Assembly (NCBI GenBank): GCA_015232645.1
Contig: JADFZF010000003.1
Location: 1 to 54,842, forward strand
Direction of reading: 5' to 3'
Source: Magnetococcales bacterium
GTDB lineage: Bacteria; Pseudomonadota; Magnetococcia; Magnetococcales; UBA8363
Length of the DNA: 54,842 nt
Below are positions 20,101 to 30,920 of this stretch, piece after piece. A program made the translations under genes and the position numbers. Every line of letters begins with the position of its first letter. Position 1 is the first letter of the stretch. The notes beneath the pieces were generated by a model, which was not told the DNA's origin, did no database searches, and saw only the letters and a list, made by a program, of their open reading frames with translations.

Positions 20101-22043
20101 CCTCCACCGACATTCCCCCCAGTCTGGTCGGGGACCCTCTGCGGCTCGGGCAGGTGTTGCTCAACCTAGTCAACAATTCCATCAAATTTACCGAGAGGGG
20201 CAGCATCAAGGTCATAACTGATATTATCGCCAGGGAAGAGCACGCTATCCGTCTCAAATTCGTAGTCAGTGACACCGGGGTCGGGATGACGCGTGAGCAA
20301 CAAAACCGGTTGTTCAGTCCATTTACCCAGGCGGATTCATCCATTACCCGTAAACATGGGGGGACCGGCCTGGGACTGGCGATCAGTCGACGATTGGTCG
20401 AGCTGATGGGTGGCCGAATCGGTGTGGAAAGCGATCTCAATCAGGGTTCCCGATTTTTCTTTGATGTCCGTTTCGGAATCTCCAACCGGATCATGCACAA
20501 AAAATGGTTCCATGTTGATGACCTGCGGGGAATGAAGGTGTTGGTGGTAGACGACAACGAAAGCGCGCGTCAGGTCATGTCCGACTATTTGACATCGTTT
20601 ACCTTTGTGGTGTCGGCAGTCAAGAGTGGTGAGGATGCCCTGCAGCAAATCCTGCAAGCGGATCGGGAAGCTGCCCCTTATACGCTGGTGATCATGGATT
20701 ACATGATGAACAATCTTGATGGCATCAGCACGGCCTACAAGATACGTACGGAATTGCGGCTGGCGACGCCACCGACGATCATTCTAGCCACGGCCCATGG
20801 CGGTGATGACATCGTCGGCCGCGCCCTGGAGAATGCCAGCATCGATGGTGTCTTGATCAAACCAATCAACCAAACCGTCCTGTTCGACACCATCATGGAA
20901 GTTCTGGGACGCACCAAGCCAGCGACGATCCAGCCTTTGCCATCGGGGAATTACCGTGATTTCTGGGCGGTTCTTTCGGGGGCCAGGATATTGCTCGTTG
21001 AAGATAATGAAATCAATCGCCAAGTGGCGAGGGAATTGTTGGAACAAGCCAACATCACGGTATTGTCGGCCGAAAATGGACGGATGGCTTTGAACATCGT
21101 TGCCGACGAATACGTTGATGGCATTCTGATGGATGTGCAGATGCCCGTGATGGATGGGATCACAGCGACCAGGGAAATTCGGAAAGACCCCCGTCTGGAC
21201 GTCATTCCCATCATCGCCATGACAGCCAATGCCATGTCGGGTGACCGGGAGGAATGTTTGGCAGCAGGGATGCAGGAACACATATCGAAACCAGTGGACC
21301 CGGCAGAACTGTTTTCCAAATTGGCCCGCTGGGTGGTCCCGAGCCGGCCCGTACCGGTGCCATCCCCGGTAGAATTCTTTCCCAGGAAAGATCACGCAGA
21401 GACTCAACAACTCCCTGCAATCGCCGGCATCGATACTCAGGGGGGACTCCGGCGCATGGGAGGCAATGTCCAGGGATACATTCAACTTCTAGAACGGTTT
21501 TGCGGCAATCAGCGCCAGGCCTGCAACAACATCGAAACCGCTCTAGTGAACCAAGACCATGGGACCGCCTTGCGTCTCGCCCATACTCTGAAAGGGGTGG
21601 CGGCGACTATCGGGGCGACCAGGTTGAGCGAGTTAAGCAAACTTGTGGAATCAGCGCTCCAAAATGAAAAAACGGGGACCGATATCACGCCGTTGTTGGC
21701 CGATCTGGCTCAGGAAGCCTCCCATGTCATGGCCGCGATTGGATCTGCGCTACAGGATCTACGCCGTGACGATGCATTGACCGTCGTACCGGAGGAAACC
21801 CCGGAAATCATTGCCCAGCGTCGACAGCTACTTATACAAGCGGCCTGTCAGCTGGCTTCCTACGATGCCGCCGTCGAACAGACCCTGCAACTGTTGCATG
21901 AAGGTCTAATTTCGTATCCGATGCAGGAATGGATGAAAATATTGCATCACCATGTGGCCAACTACGATTTTGAAGCGGCACTGGAGGCTTTACGTCATGG
22001 CGCTCTGGCCTTAAACATATCGTTGGAGGATACCGACCCATAA
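17148..22043 (+). CDS. Hybrid sensor histidine kinase (TM-CHASE-TM-4xPAS-HisKA-HATPase-REC-REC-Hpt)
   Basis: H-box [16 protein letters not shown] boxes, two receiver domains (LVVDDN..MD; LLVEDN..MD), Hpt AHTLKG. Start uncertain; the ORF is open from 17094. Confidence 0.95.
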   Translation: MSIPSPTSSMNAPRPSFTDRLRSHSTVIIRLILFCGLVLTGLLVYQTWERSLDECHKELSRDSRIVFDDASAHLGSLVDEIQKLSRLTQTFDGLQRERFRIFSESVMARQGMLRAIMHMPLVQADPITDERQVRLEISGDQEGDGNARSQGKHQQSGRHLPIQSMEPTSAANSAFIGHDLYSIPAFKAALEHSMHVGRPVFIPQPDLIDKLNGWLLVDATYPGPRESLSMEERRSQFNGATAFLLSVAGMLRQDPFPELELKLFMANLAKPAEPPRDRIELFHRQVHSDREKGPVLKKLTVSKAIYSSHGQTIVLEINRGVHISDIDFTVLFISLTAGLALTLSGLLWVGKMKSQFPPQCDQCEIAQHDRLFKRVLDAIPARVYWKDAAGRYLGGNQLFATDAGLGAAPNLLGKTDFDLPWRERAHQYQEDDQQVISAGQAKLTFETVHNPNDGRELWRRRHKMPMLGSDGENFGILCIYEDIALHEEIEGNLRKQEMRMRLVFDNAGEGIITTSRTGTIESFNRAATKLFGYTADELIGRNVRQLIPEPYQSRHDGYINNYLESGYSRIINGGREVKGLRKDGTVFPMFITVSRMEINGELLFTGIIRDLTREKEKETELLKLSSVVEGNPSAIIITDINARIEYVNPQFVELTGYSATEVVGLNPNILKSRDNPEKYRNLWRTILAGKVWRGEFYNRRKDGSCFWSGSTISAIIDQEGKIIRFVGVLRDITQIKEQEARAREAENQRLKSDMLLMMSLESIRDGFAIFDKDNRLEIWNNAFHELHDKVSDLIVAGTTYDEILRTAVERGQIIKSTGYHDPLLYNRGIPSDRLTQTFEEEFSDNRWVRISENQMTDGSSVVVYSDITSLKIAKAEAEAAARAKSDFLANMSHEIRTPMNAVIGLTHLCLQTQLTHRQRDYIQKVYNSATSLLRIINDILDFSKIEAGRMDIEAIDFTLEEVLGNLDALMSMKASEKKLEFSLLTSTDIPPSLVGDPLRLGQVLLNLVNNSIKFTERGSIKVITDIIAREEHAIRLKFVVSDTGVGMTREQQNRLFSPFTQADSSITRKHGGTGLGLAISRRLVELMGGRIGVESDLNQGSRFFFDVRFGISNRIMHKKWFHVDDLRGMKVLVVDDNESARQVMSDYLTSFTFVVSAVKSGEDALQQILQADREAAPYTLVIMDYMMNNLDGISTAYKIRTELRLATPPTIILATAHGGDDIVGRALENASIDGVLIKPINQTVLFDTIMEVLGRTKPATIQPLPSGNYRDFWAVLSGARILLVEDNEINRQVARELLEQANITVLSAENGRMALNIVADEYVDGILMDVQMPVMDGITATREIRKDPRLDVIPIIAMTANAMSGDREECLAAGMQEHISKPVDPAELFSKLARWVVPSRPVPVPSPVEFFPRKDHAETQQLPAIAGIDTQGGLRRMGGNVQGYIQLLERFCGNQRQACNNIETALVNQDHGTALRLAHTLKGVAATIGATRLSELSKLVESALQNEKTGTDITPLLADLAQEASHVMAAIGSALQDLRRDDALTVVPEETPEIIAQRRQLLIQAACQLASYDAAVEQTLQLLHEGLISYPMQEWMKILHHHVANYDFEAALEALRHGALALNISLEDTDP

Positions 22044-22200
22044 AAGGGATCGGTACGAATGGAACGAACGTCTCCACCCGCCACCAACGCCCGCTCCCGA
22101 GAACGTCGATGTCAGTTAGCAAGCGAATAATAATGTTTCCGGAGATCAATAGATTCAGGCCATTGGAGCGGAGTCACCAGATGCGAAACAATGCCTCGAT

Positions 22201-24315
22201 ATGAACGGACGAACCATATTTTGGTTCTCTTCTGGTTTTTTTTTCCTGTTCGCTGTCGTAGCCTTGACGGGAACCGCATGGTTTGCCGTCGCGGGTGGAG
22301 AAGGGATCCCAGCCTTCGATGGGGAAGAAATTCAATGGTTGCAACGGCAGGCTGCAATATTCTTGCTGGTGTTTTTTTGCCTGGCGGTCGTATTGGTTCA
22401 ACTGCTTTTTTGGTTGGACCGGATGTTGTGGCGGCCGATGGCGCAACTGGGACAGGGAATGGACATCATGGCCACTGCCAACCCCCTGCACCATCTGGAA
22501 CCGGTGGAAAACAATCTGCTGGGATCCCTGCCCAAGGCTGCACGGTCGCTGGGTGAAGCCCTGTTCCACGCCCAACGTCAGGTCAGGGAAAGCGTGATGC
22601 GGTGCGATGAAGGGATCAGGCCCTTGGAACAGGTGATCAAACAACTGCCTCTGGGGCTGATCATCATGGATATCCAAGGGCACATCATCTTGTACAACAT
22701 GGAAGCGCAGGCGATTTTTCATCGCCAGGCAGAGGCCTTGGGCCTCGGACGCACCTTGTACGAGCTGCTCTGGCGCCCTCCCGTGGAGACCGCCATCGAC
22801 ATGCTCGCCAGGATCGAACAACCTGAAAAAAAATCACTTCGTTTTTTTTGTCCCCAGGCGCACAATGAGGGGACTTTGGACTGTGTCATGCGGTCGCTGA
22901 TGGGAGAAGGCCTGGAACAGAAATATTACCTGCTCACCTTTGCCACCGCGGATCGCCGGCTGGAGTCGCTGCACCACTGGCGTCGGTGGCTGCATCACGA
23001 TTTGCCGGCATCGCAACGTCCGGCCGATGGTTGCTGCCGAACCAATGAACGGGCAGGTGCCGAATTCGATCAGGATGCCATGTCCGGACATGGCTGGCCG
23101 GAATCGGTTCGGCAAACGAAAGAATCGTCTCCCTTTGGCAGGCGGCCAATGGCAGAGGAGGCCAGAAGATTTGTGGTTGAACAGTGGCAACTGACCGATA
23201 TTTTAACCTCCGACGTCATGGCGGCACTGCGGCGCCGGATGACGGATCGTTCCGAGTGCACGGTGGAGGAGTTGGGGCAACCACTCTGGATTCGGGCCGA
23301 TGCCCCGGCCATGGTGCTGTTGTTGGAAACGTTGATCCTGGAAATAGTCCGAAAAACCGGGGTTCGGACATTGAAAATGCAAGCCTTGATGGACAATCAG
23401 CGTGGCTATCTTGATCTGATCTGGCCTGGCTTGCCCATGGAAAGCCGTGCCGTCGAGGCTTTACGCCTCCTGCCTTTGGCATCTGCTGATCAATCATCCC
23501 ACAAATTGGAGCAATTCCTGTTGCCGCACTCAAGCGAACTTTCAAGCTGCGAGCATCGACGGCAAGGGCATGCGGTATTACGAATTTCGGTGGTGGCCTC
23601 TCCGCAGCCTGCCGCCGGTCCCCCTGATCTGATCCCCGAACGTCCTGAATTTTATGATTTCTCGCTGTTGAACACCTGGACATCCCTGGGACGAGCAGTA
23701 GGCAAGGCATTATCAGGCTTGAACTATGTGGTGTTCGATACGGAAACCACCGGTTTGCAACCCTCCAAAGGCGATGAAATTATTGCCATCGCTGGTGTCC
23801 GCATCGTCAATGGGCGAATTCTCAGTGGCGAAACATTTGAACGTCTGGTCAACCCCCGCCGTCCCATCCCGCCGGAGTCCACTCGCATTCATGGTCTGAC
23901 CATGGCCGATGTCGAAGGCCAGCCGACCATCGAGGAAATCCTGCCTCAATTCAAATCGTTTGTCGGCGATTCGGTCCTGGTGGCACATAACGCCGCCTTC
24001 GACATGCGTTTTTTGCAACTCAAGGAGGAATCTTCCGGGGTTCGACTCGACCGACCCGTTTTGGACACCTTGCTGCTTTCGGTCTACTTGCATAACGAAG
24101 ACATGGACCATACCCTGGATGCCATCGCCAGGCGCGTGGGGGTGACCGTCCAGGGACGACATACCGCCCTGGGCGATACCCTGGTGACCGCCGAGGTGTT
24201 TATAAGATTGATTAAACTTCTTAATAACAAAGGAATTTCAACGCTTGGCTTGGCCATGCGGGCCTCGGAGAGCATGGTGCAGATACGACGACAGCAGGCC
24301 AAGGCCAACTATTGA
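22201..24315 (+). CDS. Membrane-anchored PAS-containing DEDDh 3'-5' exonuclease (DnaQ-like C-terminal domain)
   Basis: Two N-terminal TM helices, HAMP-like helix, PAS (LPLGLIIMDIQGHIILYN), and ExoI FDTETTG, ExoII AHNAAFD, ExoIII HTALGD. Confidence 0.88.
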   Translation: MNGRTIFWFSSGFFFLFAVVALTGTAWFAVAGGEGIPAFDGEEIQWLQRQAAIFLLVFFCLAVVLVQLLFWLDRMLWRPMAQLGQGMDIMATANPLHHLEPVENNLLGSLPKAARSLGEALFHAQRQVRESVMRCDEGIRPLEQVIKQLPLGLIIMDIQGHIILYNMEAQAIFHRQAEALGLGRTLYELLWRPPVETAIDMLARIEQPEKKSLRFFCPQAHNEGTLDCVMRSLMGEGLEQKYYLLTFATADRRLESLHHWRRWLHHDLPASQRPADGCCRTNERAGAEFDQDAMSGHGWPESVRQTKESSPFGRRPMAEEARRFVVEQWQLTDILTSDVMAALRRRMTDRSECTVEELGQPLWIRADAPAMVLLLETLILEIVRKTGVRTLKMQALMDNQRGYLDLIWPGLPMESRAVEALRLLPLASADQSSHKLEQFLLPHSSELSSCEHRRQGHAVLRISVVASPQPAAGPPDLIPERPEFYDFSLLNTWTSLGRAVGKALSGLNYVVFDTETTGLQPSKGDEIIAIAGVRIVNGRILSGETFERLVNPRRPIPPESTRIHGLTMADVEGQPTIEEILPQFKSFVGDSVLVAHNAAFDMRFLQLKEESSGVRLDRPVLDTLLLSVYLHNEDMDHTLDAIARRVGVTVQGRHTALGDTLVTAEVFIRLIKLLNNKGISTLGLAMRASESMVQIRRQQAKANY

Positions 24316-24366
24316 CAGGGTTCATCGTCGATGCCGGATCCGCCCCTCCCCGGCCCCCGATTCCAG

Positions 24367-25366
24367 TCAACTCAGACCCGCTTCATCCATCAGGGCAAGC
24401 AGCCGTTTTTTCCGTTCGTGGCGCTGGCGCAAGGTGTGGAGACGTCGGGTAAACTCCTTCTTTTTCTTTTGGTTGCTGGCTTTTCGGCGTAGTATGGTCA
24501 AACGGTCAATAGCGTCGGTATAACCGGAAACGCTTCGCAAAGCGATCGAATTCTCGATTTCTTCCCAATCCGTGCACTTCTGAGCCGGCAAGGGTTTGAC
24601 TGACGCTGGAGGGGAGGACGGCGGCATCTTCGTGTTTGAGATTTCGGTATTTCCATCCACCGTCTCGAAGCCGAACAATGCCAAGGCATCATCGACAGCA
24701 AGATGTTTTGCGGATGCCGGTCCGGTTGCCTTCTCGGGCAGGTCGATATTCACCTTGGCGATCAGGTCGTTTTGGTCGACCTGGCGCAGAAGGAATAAAA
24801 ATTCGGGTTTTTCGTCCAACCGGGCTCCCACCCCATACAGCACCGCCGCCACATGTTTGCACATATAGGCATAGTCGGGACAACTACATGAAAATTTTAT
24901 CTCCGATGGTTGTGGAAACAATCCTTTTTGCTGGCGGCAGAGTCGCTCCATGACCCCTTTGCAAAACGACCCTGCAACAGTTCCACCAAGGAATCGAGCC
25001 ACCCTGGCAGTCTTCACAAAGAGACTGCCAGAGGGGTTTGGGCAGGGGGGCAATAGCGACGGTGACCTTGTAGGTCGAAGAGCCGCTGACCAGAGCCGAT
25101 ATCTTTCCAGGATCGATCTTGAGATCAAGAACCGAACCGTTTCGGACATAAGTGCGCCCCCGAGGCAGACGGTTGGCAAAATCCTGGTAGCTCTCCAGGT
25201 TTTGGCACCACGCCTTGCCCCAAAAGGTCACGGCAATGGCCCTGCCGACAATGACGACGGGGGCCAAGGACTGACCCTTGGCACGCAATTGTTTCATTTC
25301 CTGAGCGGCTTGCAGCCGACGCTTGGCCACCGGAACATAAGGTGCCCACCGACTGAAGCGTGCCAT
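24367..25366 (-). pseudogene. SWIM zinc-finger protein, frameshifted (pseudogene or assembly error)
   Basis: N-part FWGKAWC..NRLPRGRTYVRNG and C-part CSCPD...CKHVAAVLY lie in different frames; the linking DSLVELLQGRF reads in the third frame (indels near 24997 and 24955-24966). Confidence 0.85.
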
Positions 25367-25370
25367 GGTT

Positions 25371-28067
25371 TCAATCCTCCGAGACGGTTTGTAAATCAAG
25401 GGCAATCAGTCGCAACAATTCATCGTCCTTCATTTCGGTGACTTTGATCTCAGCCGCACCGGACAACAGGTCCTGGCTGAGAGCCTTTTTGGACTCGATC
25501 AGGGCATCAATCTTTTCTTCAAGTGTACCTCGACAGACAAATTTATGCACCAGGACATTTTTCTTTTGTCCGATGCGGAAGGCGCGGTCGGTGGCCTGAT
25601 TTTCCACGGCCGGGTTCCACCACCGGTCGAAATGCACCACATGGGAGGCGGCGGTGAGGGTCAGACCTGAACCTCCCGCCTTGAGAGACAATACGAAAAA
25701 AGGGATATTTTCGTCTTCCTGGAATGATTGTACCAGTGATTTGCGATTTTTTACCGTCGTTTCCCCATGCAGTACCAACCCCTGACGGCCAAAAATGCCG
25801 CCGAGGAAGTTTTCCAATGGGGCAGCCATTTCACGAAACTGGGTAAAAACAAGCATTTTTTCCTGACGTGCGGCCACCACTTCGGTAATTTCACGCAGAC
25901 GGGCCAACTTGCCGCTGTCTTTTTCGGCCCAGGAATGATCGTTCAACCATTGGGAGGGATGGTTGCAGATTTGATTCAAGCGCATCATGCCTGCCAGAAC
26001 CAGCCCTTTGCGTTGGATGCCATCGACTCCCTGCCGCAAGGACTTGGCGATATCCTCGACGGTCTGGCTGTAAAGTGCCGCCTGCTTGCGGCTCAGGGAG
26101 CAGTGCGCCTTGACCTCGGTTTTATCCGGCAGGTCGGTGATGACCGTCTTATCGGTTTTCATCCGCCGCAGGATGTAGGGGCTGACCAAGGCTCGCAGGG
26201 GGCCGTAGGGGTTGTGCTCGCGCTCCGCGATTTTTTTTGCATAGGAGCGAAATTGCTTCGCCGTCCCGAGCAGACCCGGATTGATGAAGTCAAAGATAGA
26301 CCATAAATCGCCCAGGTGATTTTCCACCGGCGTGCCTGTAAGGACGATACGGGCTTTGGATTTCAATTTTTTTGCCGTTTTGGTTTGCTTGGCGTTGGGA
26401 TTTTTGATCGCCTGCGCCTCATCCAGAATGACCAGATGCCAGTCCATTTCCGTAAGCACCGGCAACCGCAGGAGGGTGCCGTAGCTGGTGATGACCAGGT
26501 CGGTGTCGGAGAGTTGATCGGATTCGAGGGCTTTGAGTTGTACCGCCGGCATGGCCGAGGGATGGACGATCATTGAACTCAGGCTGGGGATGAAGCGTTC
26601 GATTTCGGCAGCCCAGTTGGCCAGCAGCGAGGTCGGGGCGACAAGAAGATTGATTTTTCTTTCCTGATGTTGGCGTTTGATGAGCAGCAGCAGGGAGAGT
26701 ACCTGAATAGTTTTTCCCAATCCCATGTCGTCGGCAAGACAGGCCCCAGCCGCAGACCGCTCAGCAATTGCATCCATTCCACTCCCGCTTGTTGATAAGG
26801 GCGCAAGGTGCCATGCAATTCGGGGCCGGAGTGGATTTCGGTCCCTTTGGGGTGGCGCAATGATTTCAAGGTGTCAGCCAGCCAGGGACCGGCGGTGACC
26901 CGAGACCATTCGGCGTCGGCCATCTGGCCGTCATCCATGACAATCGTCCTTCCCGCCAGCATGCGCATGGCTTCGATGAAGGTCAAACCGTTCCGGGAGG
27001 CCTGGGACTGGGCCTCCTGGAATTGTTGTATGGCACGTCGCATGCGCTTACGGTCCACCTCGACCCATTGGCCCCGCAGCAACACCAGATGATCGCTACC
27101 CGAAAGGAGCAGGGCGATCTCTCGATCGTCCAACGGTTCTCCTTCGAGCATGACATCCATGCGAAAGTCGAACAGCCCGTCCAGCCCCAATGCCGAAGGA
27201 GATTGGCTGCCAATCGTGGCAGTGACTTTCGGTCGCACCGGTCGGCTGGCACGCCAGCTGGACGGCATGCGGACGATGATCCCCGAGGCTTCGAGCTCAG
27301 GAACACTAGCGAGGAATCGAGCCGCCTCGTTCGGCCGCCAACGTAACGGATGAAAGATATCTCCGGCGTCCACCATGTTTTTCAACCACTCGCACCGCTC
27401 TGAAGCTTTCTGTACCGGCAGCAGTAAGGATAAAAGCTTGTCGCGGTTGGCGGCTCCGGCATACTCACGCAACGCCTGGCCGAGCGGTATATGTTGCGCC
27501 GTGGCGGCATTGGACAGACGGGAGGGATAGGTCGCCATGAATGCGAGGACATTCAGAATCCATGCGATTTTCAGCCAGGTTGAAGTTGACCCGCCCCACC
27601 AGGTTCCAAACCGAATTCAACCCTTGGAGGAAGGATTGCAGATCGGTGCCGGATTCGGCGAGGGCGGCGGTCAGAGCGGAAGCAGTTTTTGTCCATAATT
27701 CAAGAAGGATATCAACGTTAAGATATTCCATGCCGGGCATCATGGGGGCTGCCAGGGTCAGGGACGCCAACTCGGCCTCGTTCGGTGGCGGTACCACCAT
27801 GGGGCCACTTGCCGTGGAATGCTGGCAAACACTGTTGATGTATCGTGCGGCAAAATCACGCCACCAGCGGAATACCGGCGGGAGGTTCCGCCCCATTTCG
27901 CCGGCGCCCAGGCGCAACAGTCCCTGGCCGGACCCTTGCGAGAAGGATTGGATTAAGCGCCTTGCCACGCCATCTTCCAAAAGGTGGGCGTCCGCTGCCT
28001 TTTCCAGGACAAAATTTCCCTGAGGTGTCAGCCGTAGGCTGAATGTTGCCTGTTCATTCATGGTCAT
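25371..28067 (-). pseudogene. SNF2/RapA-family DEAD/DEAH helicase, frameshifted into three ORFs
   Basis: LRPYQ, GACLADDMGLGKT, LDEAQAIKN, LTGTPVEN, LSLKAGGSGLTL, WWNPAVENQATDRAFRIGQ; frameshifts near 27546 and 26745. Confidence 0.9.
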
Positions 28068-28140
28068 CGGTCTCCGGTCAGCGCCCTGCGGTATGGTGCT
28101 CAAATGGATCTCCTGCAAGGTCAGATCCGTGAATGGCGAT

Positions 28141-30903
28141 TCAGCGCACGCCTGCCAACCGCAATACCTGATCCGCCTCCCGAGTCATACCCCGAATCAG
28201 GAGCAGTTCCACATAGTCCGCCTTGAGTTTGGCGTCCCCCGGTTGTTCGCGCATCAAGGCTCCATAACCTTTTAATGCCTCCGACCACCGACCGATACGT
28301 TCCCAGATTCGCGTCTGGGTGACCCGTATTGAAAATGGAGGATGTTGCAGCGATGCTATCTTGTCCAAGGCCTTGAGATAAAAAGGTTTAGCCTTTTCGA
28401 CCATTCCGAGGGATCGATAGACCTCGGCCAGATAAAAATAGGGCTCATGATTATCATCATGGTGTCCCAGGTAGCGACCAAGGAAGGCGACGACTTGCTC
28501 CCATTCCCCGGAATAAAAAGCCATGTATCCCAGTCGTTTCAGAGCCTTCTCGTCATCCGGGTCCAGTTTGATGATGTTTTGATAGATATTTTTTGCCACT
28601 TTATGCAAGTTGTTTTCCTCGGCGATGGTGGCCAGGGAGTGGAGTCTTGAGGTTGATGAGGGAACGGCAGCCTCGGCAACGATAAGCTCTTCGACCCTTG
28701 AGGTGGTTTTGGTCGAGGTCAGCGCCCGCAACAAGGCTTCGGTCAAAGCAGGGTGTTGTCCAGGGCCCCTGTTTCGGAGTTCGGCCAAGGCCACCGCCTG
28801 TGGCGCCGCCCCGACCCCGGACAGTATCGTCACCCAAGCCGGAAGGGAGGAGTCATCCGCCCTGCGGGCACGTTGCAGCAGCCAATCCATGGCAAACGGA
28901 TCGGGCCGCGGCCCCAGGATATACAATAATTGCGCCATCTCCGGGCTATCGACAGCGACCGTCTCGGCGGCATCCAGAAAGGCCCGGAGGCCCATATTTC
29001 TTTCCCCGACCTCCAGGGCGAGCCTACCGTATTCCCGACGCAAATCCGGGGGCAGTTGCTGTGCCGGGGGGCCGAGATGTTCTTTAAGGATGGCCAATAC
29101 TTCCTGCCGCACCGGTTGTTTATCCCGCCAAGTGGCCATGACCAACTCTTCGTAAAAATTTTTTCCATTGGCATCCAGATACCGGCGGACAGGCTGCAGC
29201 CGACGCAGCGCGGTCATTGTTTGTCCTTCGGCGCGGTTGAGCCTGGCCCACAGGATGGTTCGTTCCAAGGCTTCTCTGGTGGGCGGGGATGGGGTGGAGG
29301 TGGTTGAGAAGTCCGGAGGGAGGGGATCCAAGCGGGTCAGAACCTCCCGAGCCAAAACAAGTTGTCCCGAGTCCAACGCCCGATGAACCAAGTCATCGAG
29401 AAAAGCGTGTGCCAATTGCGATCGGGCTTGGATCCAGGCGATGCAGTCCTGCTGTCGCCCCGCCACCCCGGCCAGAAGAAGAATCCGAGCCGCGGCCAAG
29501 GCGTCGGTCTTGATTGTCTGACCGACCTGGTCAAAAAAAACAAGACCACCCTGGGTATCGTCGATCTGGATAAAATATCGGGCCAGTTCCCGAAATACCT
29601 CTGGTGGCGGGTGTTGCGGCTCCCGGGCCATGGCCATCAGGATTTCTCCCCCTTCACGCCAGCGGCCAAGCTTGAGGAAAAGCGATGCAAGACGCAAACG
29701 CCATTCCGGTTCCAACTCCCCCTTCCGGCCCAGCTCAAGCCAAGAGTTCAGTTCATCCGCCCTGACACCGGCATGAAGGAGCAATTCAGCCGCAAGCACC
29801 GGATGACCAAGCAAAAATGGCCGATCAAGAGATTCCAATACCAGGCGGGAACTGAAGGGACCAGCACTCAGCACTGCCTGTTCGCCGACGAGGCGTTGCA
29901 ACCAAACAGGTCGCTCTCCTTCAGGAAGGATGGTCATGACGCGGATGGCTTGGCCAAATCGATTCGATTTGACAGACAGTTCCGCCAAAAGGGCCACCCC
30001 GGTCGCCGACAGACGTTTTTGCCGAAGGCGGTCCGATAACAATGGCAACGCCAGTTTTTGTCTTCCGGAGATGGCGGCGATCCGACCCCATTGAATCAAG
30101 ACCCGATCGGAGGTGGGGAGTCGCCGCCGCAACTCTTCCACCCATGACCATGCCAGCTCGGCAGACTCTCCCTGCTGAAGCAATTCGCCGATCATTTCTG
30201 CCGTGGACTCATCAACCTGGCCATTGAGCCAGGAACGGGCCTCATCCAGAGCCTCTTCTTTGTGCCCAAGTTTGAGCAGAGAGTAGACCAGCATCTTCAG
30301 ACTTTTCCCATCCAATTCCCGGCGATGTCGGGATTTCATGTCCCTCAAGGTATCGACCACCTTTTGGAATTCCCCTTCGGCCATGAAAACTTTGGCAAGA
30401 TCCCGATACCCCCCCACATGATGAGGATGGCGTTGGATAATCTCCTTAAGGATTGGTATCTGTTTTTCGGAATTGCCGGAAAAATCATGTAAATTGCTCA
30501 GTTGTTGCAGCACCTCCAGGGATGGCTGCAAACGATGGATCTCCTCCAGGTTGGCCAGGTAATCGCTTTCCCTTTGGGCGTATTGATAGAGTTTTCCCAA
30601 TTCCTTGCGGCCATCCAGGTCACGGGGGTATCGGACCAGATGCTTTTCCAAAACCAGGATGGCTTGATCGACCTTGCCATTCAACTGGTACAGATTGGCC
30701 AGGATCAGGACGGACGGTGGGGACAGATCCGTATGTTCTTCCAACTGTCCTTCCATTAATTCCAATGCCCGGCCATAATCATGATCGCGCAGGTAGATCA
30801 ACGCCAAAGTATCCATTGACGGCAGAAGCAGATAACCCAAGGCTATGCCGGCCAGGCTCAGAATCAGGCCTATGAGGTAGTAACGCGCCATCACCCAATC
30901 CAC
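28141..30903 (-). CDS. Large periplasmic TPR-repeat protein (PelB TPR-region-like)
   Basis: N-terminal TM/signal, TPR-like helical repeats at both ends, adjacent to pelA-like genes; no C-terminal beta-barrel evident. Confidence 0.75.
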   Translation of the reverse strand: MDWVMARYYLIGLILSLAGIALGYLLLPSMDTLALIYLRDHDYGRALELMEGQLEEHTDLSPPSVLILANLYQLNGKVDQAILVLEKHLVRYPRDLDGRKELGKLYQYAQRESDYLANLEEIHRLQPSLEVLQQLSNLHDFSGNSEKQIPILKEIIQRHPHHVGGYRDLAKVFMAEGEFQKVVDTLRDMKSRHRRELDGKSLKMLVYSLLKLGHKEEALDEARSWLNGQVDESTAEMIGELLQQGESAELAWSWVEELRRRLPTSDRVLIQWGRIAAISGRQKLALPLLSDRLRQKRLSATGVALLAELSVKSNRFGQAIRVMTILPEGERPVWLQRLVGEQAVLSAGPFSSRLVLESLDRPFLLGHPVLAAELLLHAGVRADELNSWLELGRKGELEPEWRLRLASLFLKLGRWREGGEILMAMAREPQHPPPEVFRELARYFIQIDDTQGGLVFFDQVGQTIKTDALAAARILLLAGVAGRQQDCIAWIQARSQLAHAFLDDLVHRALDSGQLVLAREVLTRLDPLPPDFSTTSTPSPPTREALERTILWARLNRAEGQTMTALRRLQPVRRYLDANGKNFYEELVMATWRDKQPVRQEVLAILKEHLGPPAQQLPPDLRREYGRLALEVGERNMGLRAFLDAAETVAVDSPEMAQLLYILGPRPDPFAMDWLLQRARRADDSSLPAWVTILSGVGAAPQAVALAELRNRGPGQHPALTEALLRALTSTKTTSRVEELIVAEAAVPSSTSRLHSLATIAEENNLHKVAKNIYQNIIKLDPDDEKALKRLGYMAFYSGEWEQVVAFLGRYLGHHDDNHEPYFYLAEVYRSLGMVEKAKPFYLKALDKIASLQHPPFSIRVTQTRIWERIGRWSEALKGYGALMREQPGDAKLKADYVELLLIRGMTREADQVLRLAGVR

Positions 30904-30920
30904 TCGGTCAAACCAAAACC

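Noticed and set aside
22201-24315. Annotation as dnaQ/polC
   Set aside because: Membrane anchor and PAS domain present; no polymerase domain and no epsilon C-terminal alpha-binding tail.
24955-27550. Programmed ribosomal frameshifting as an explanation for the SNF2/SWIM breaks
   Set aside because: Four separate breaks and no canonical slippery heptamer; indels are the simpler explanation.
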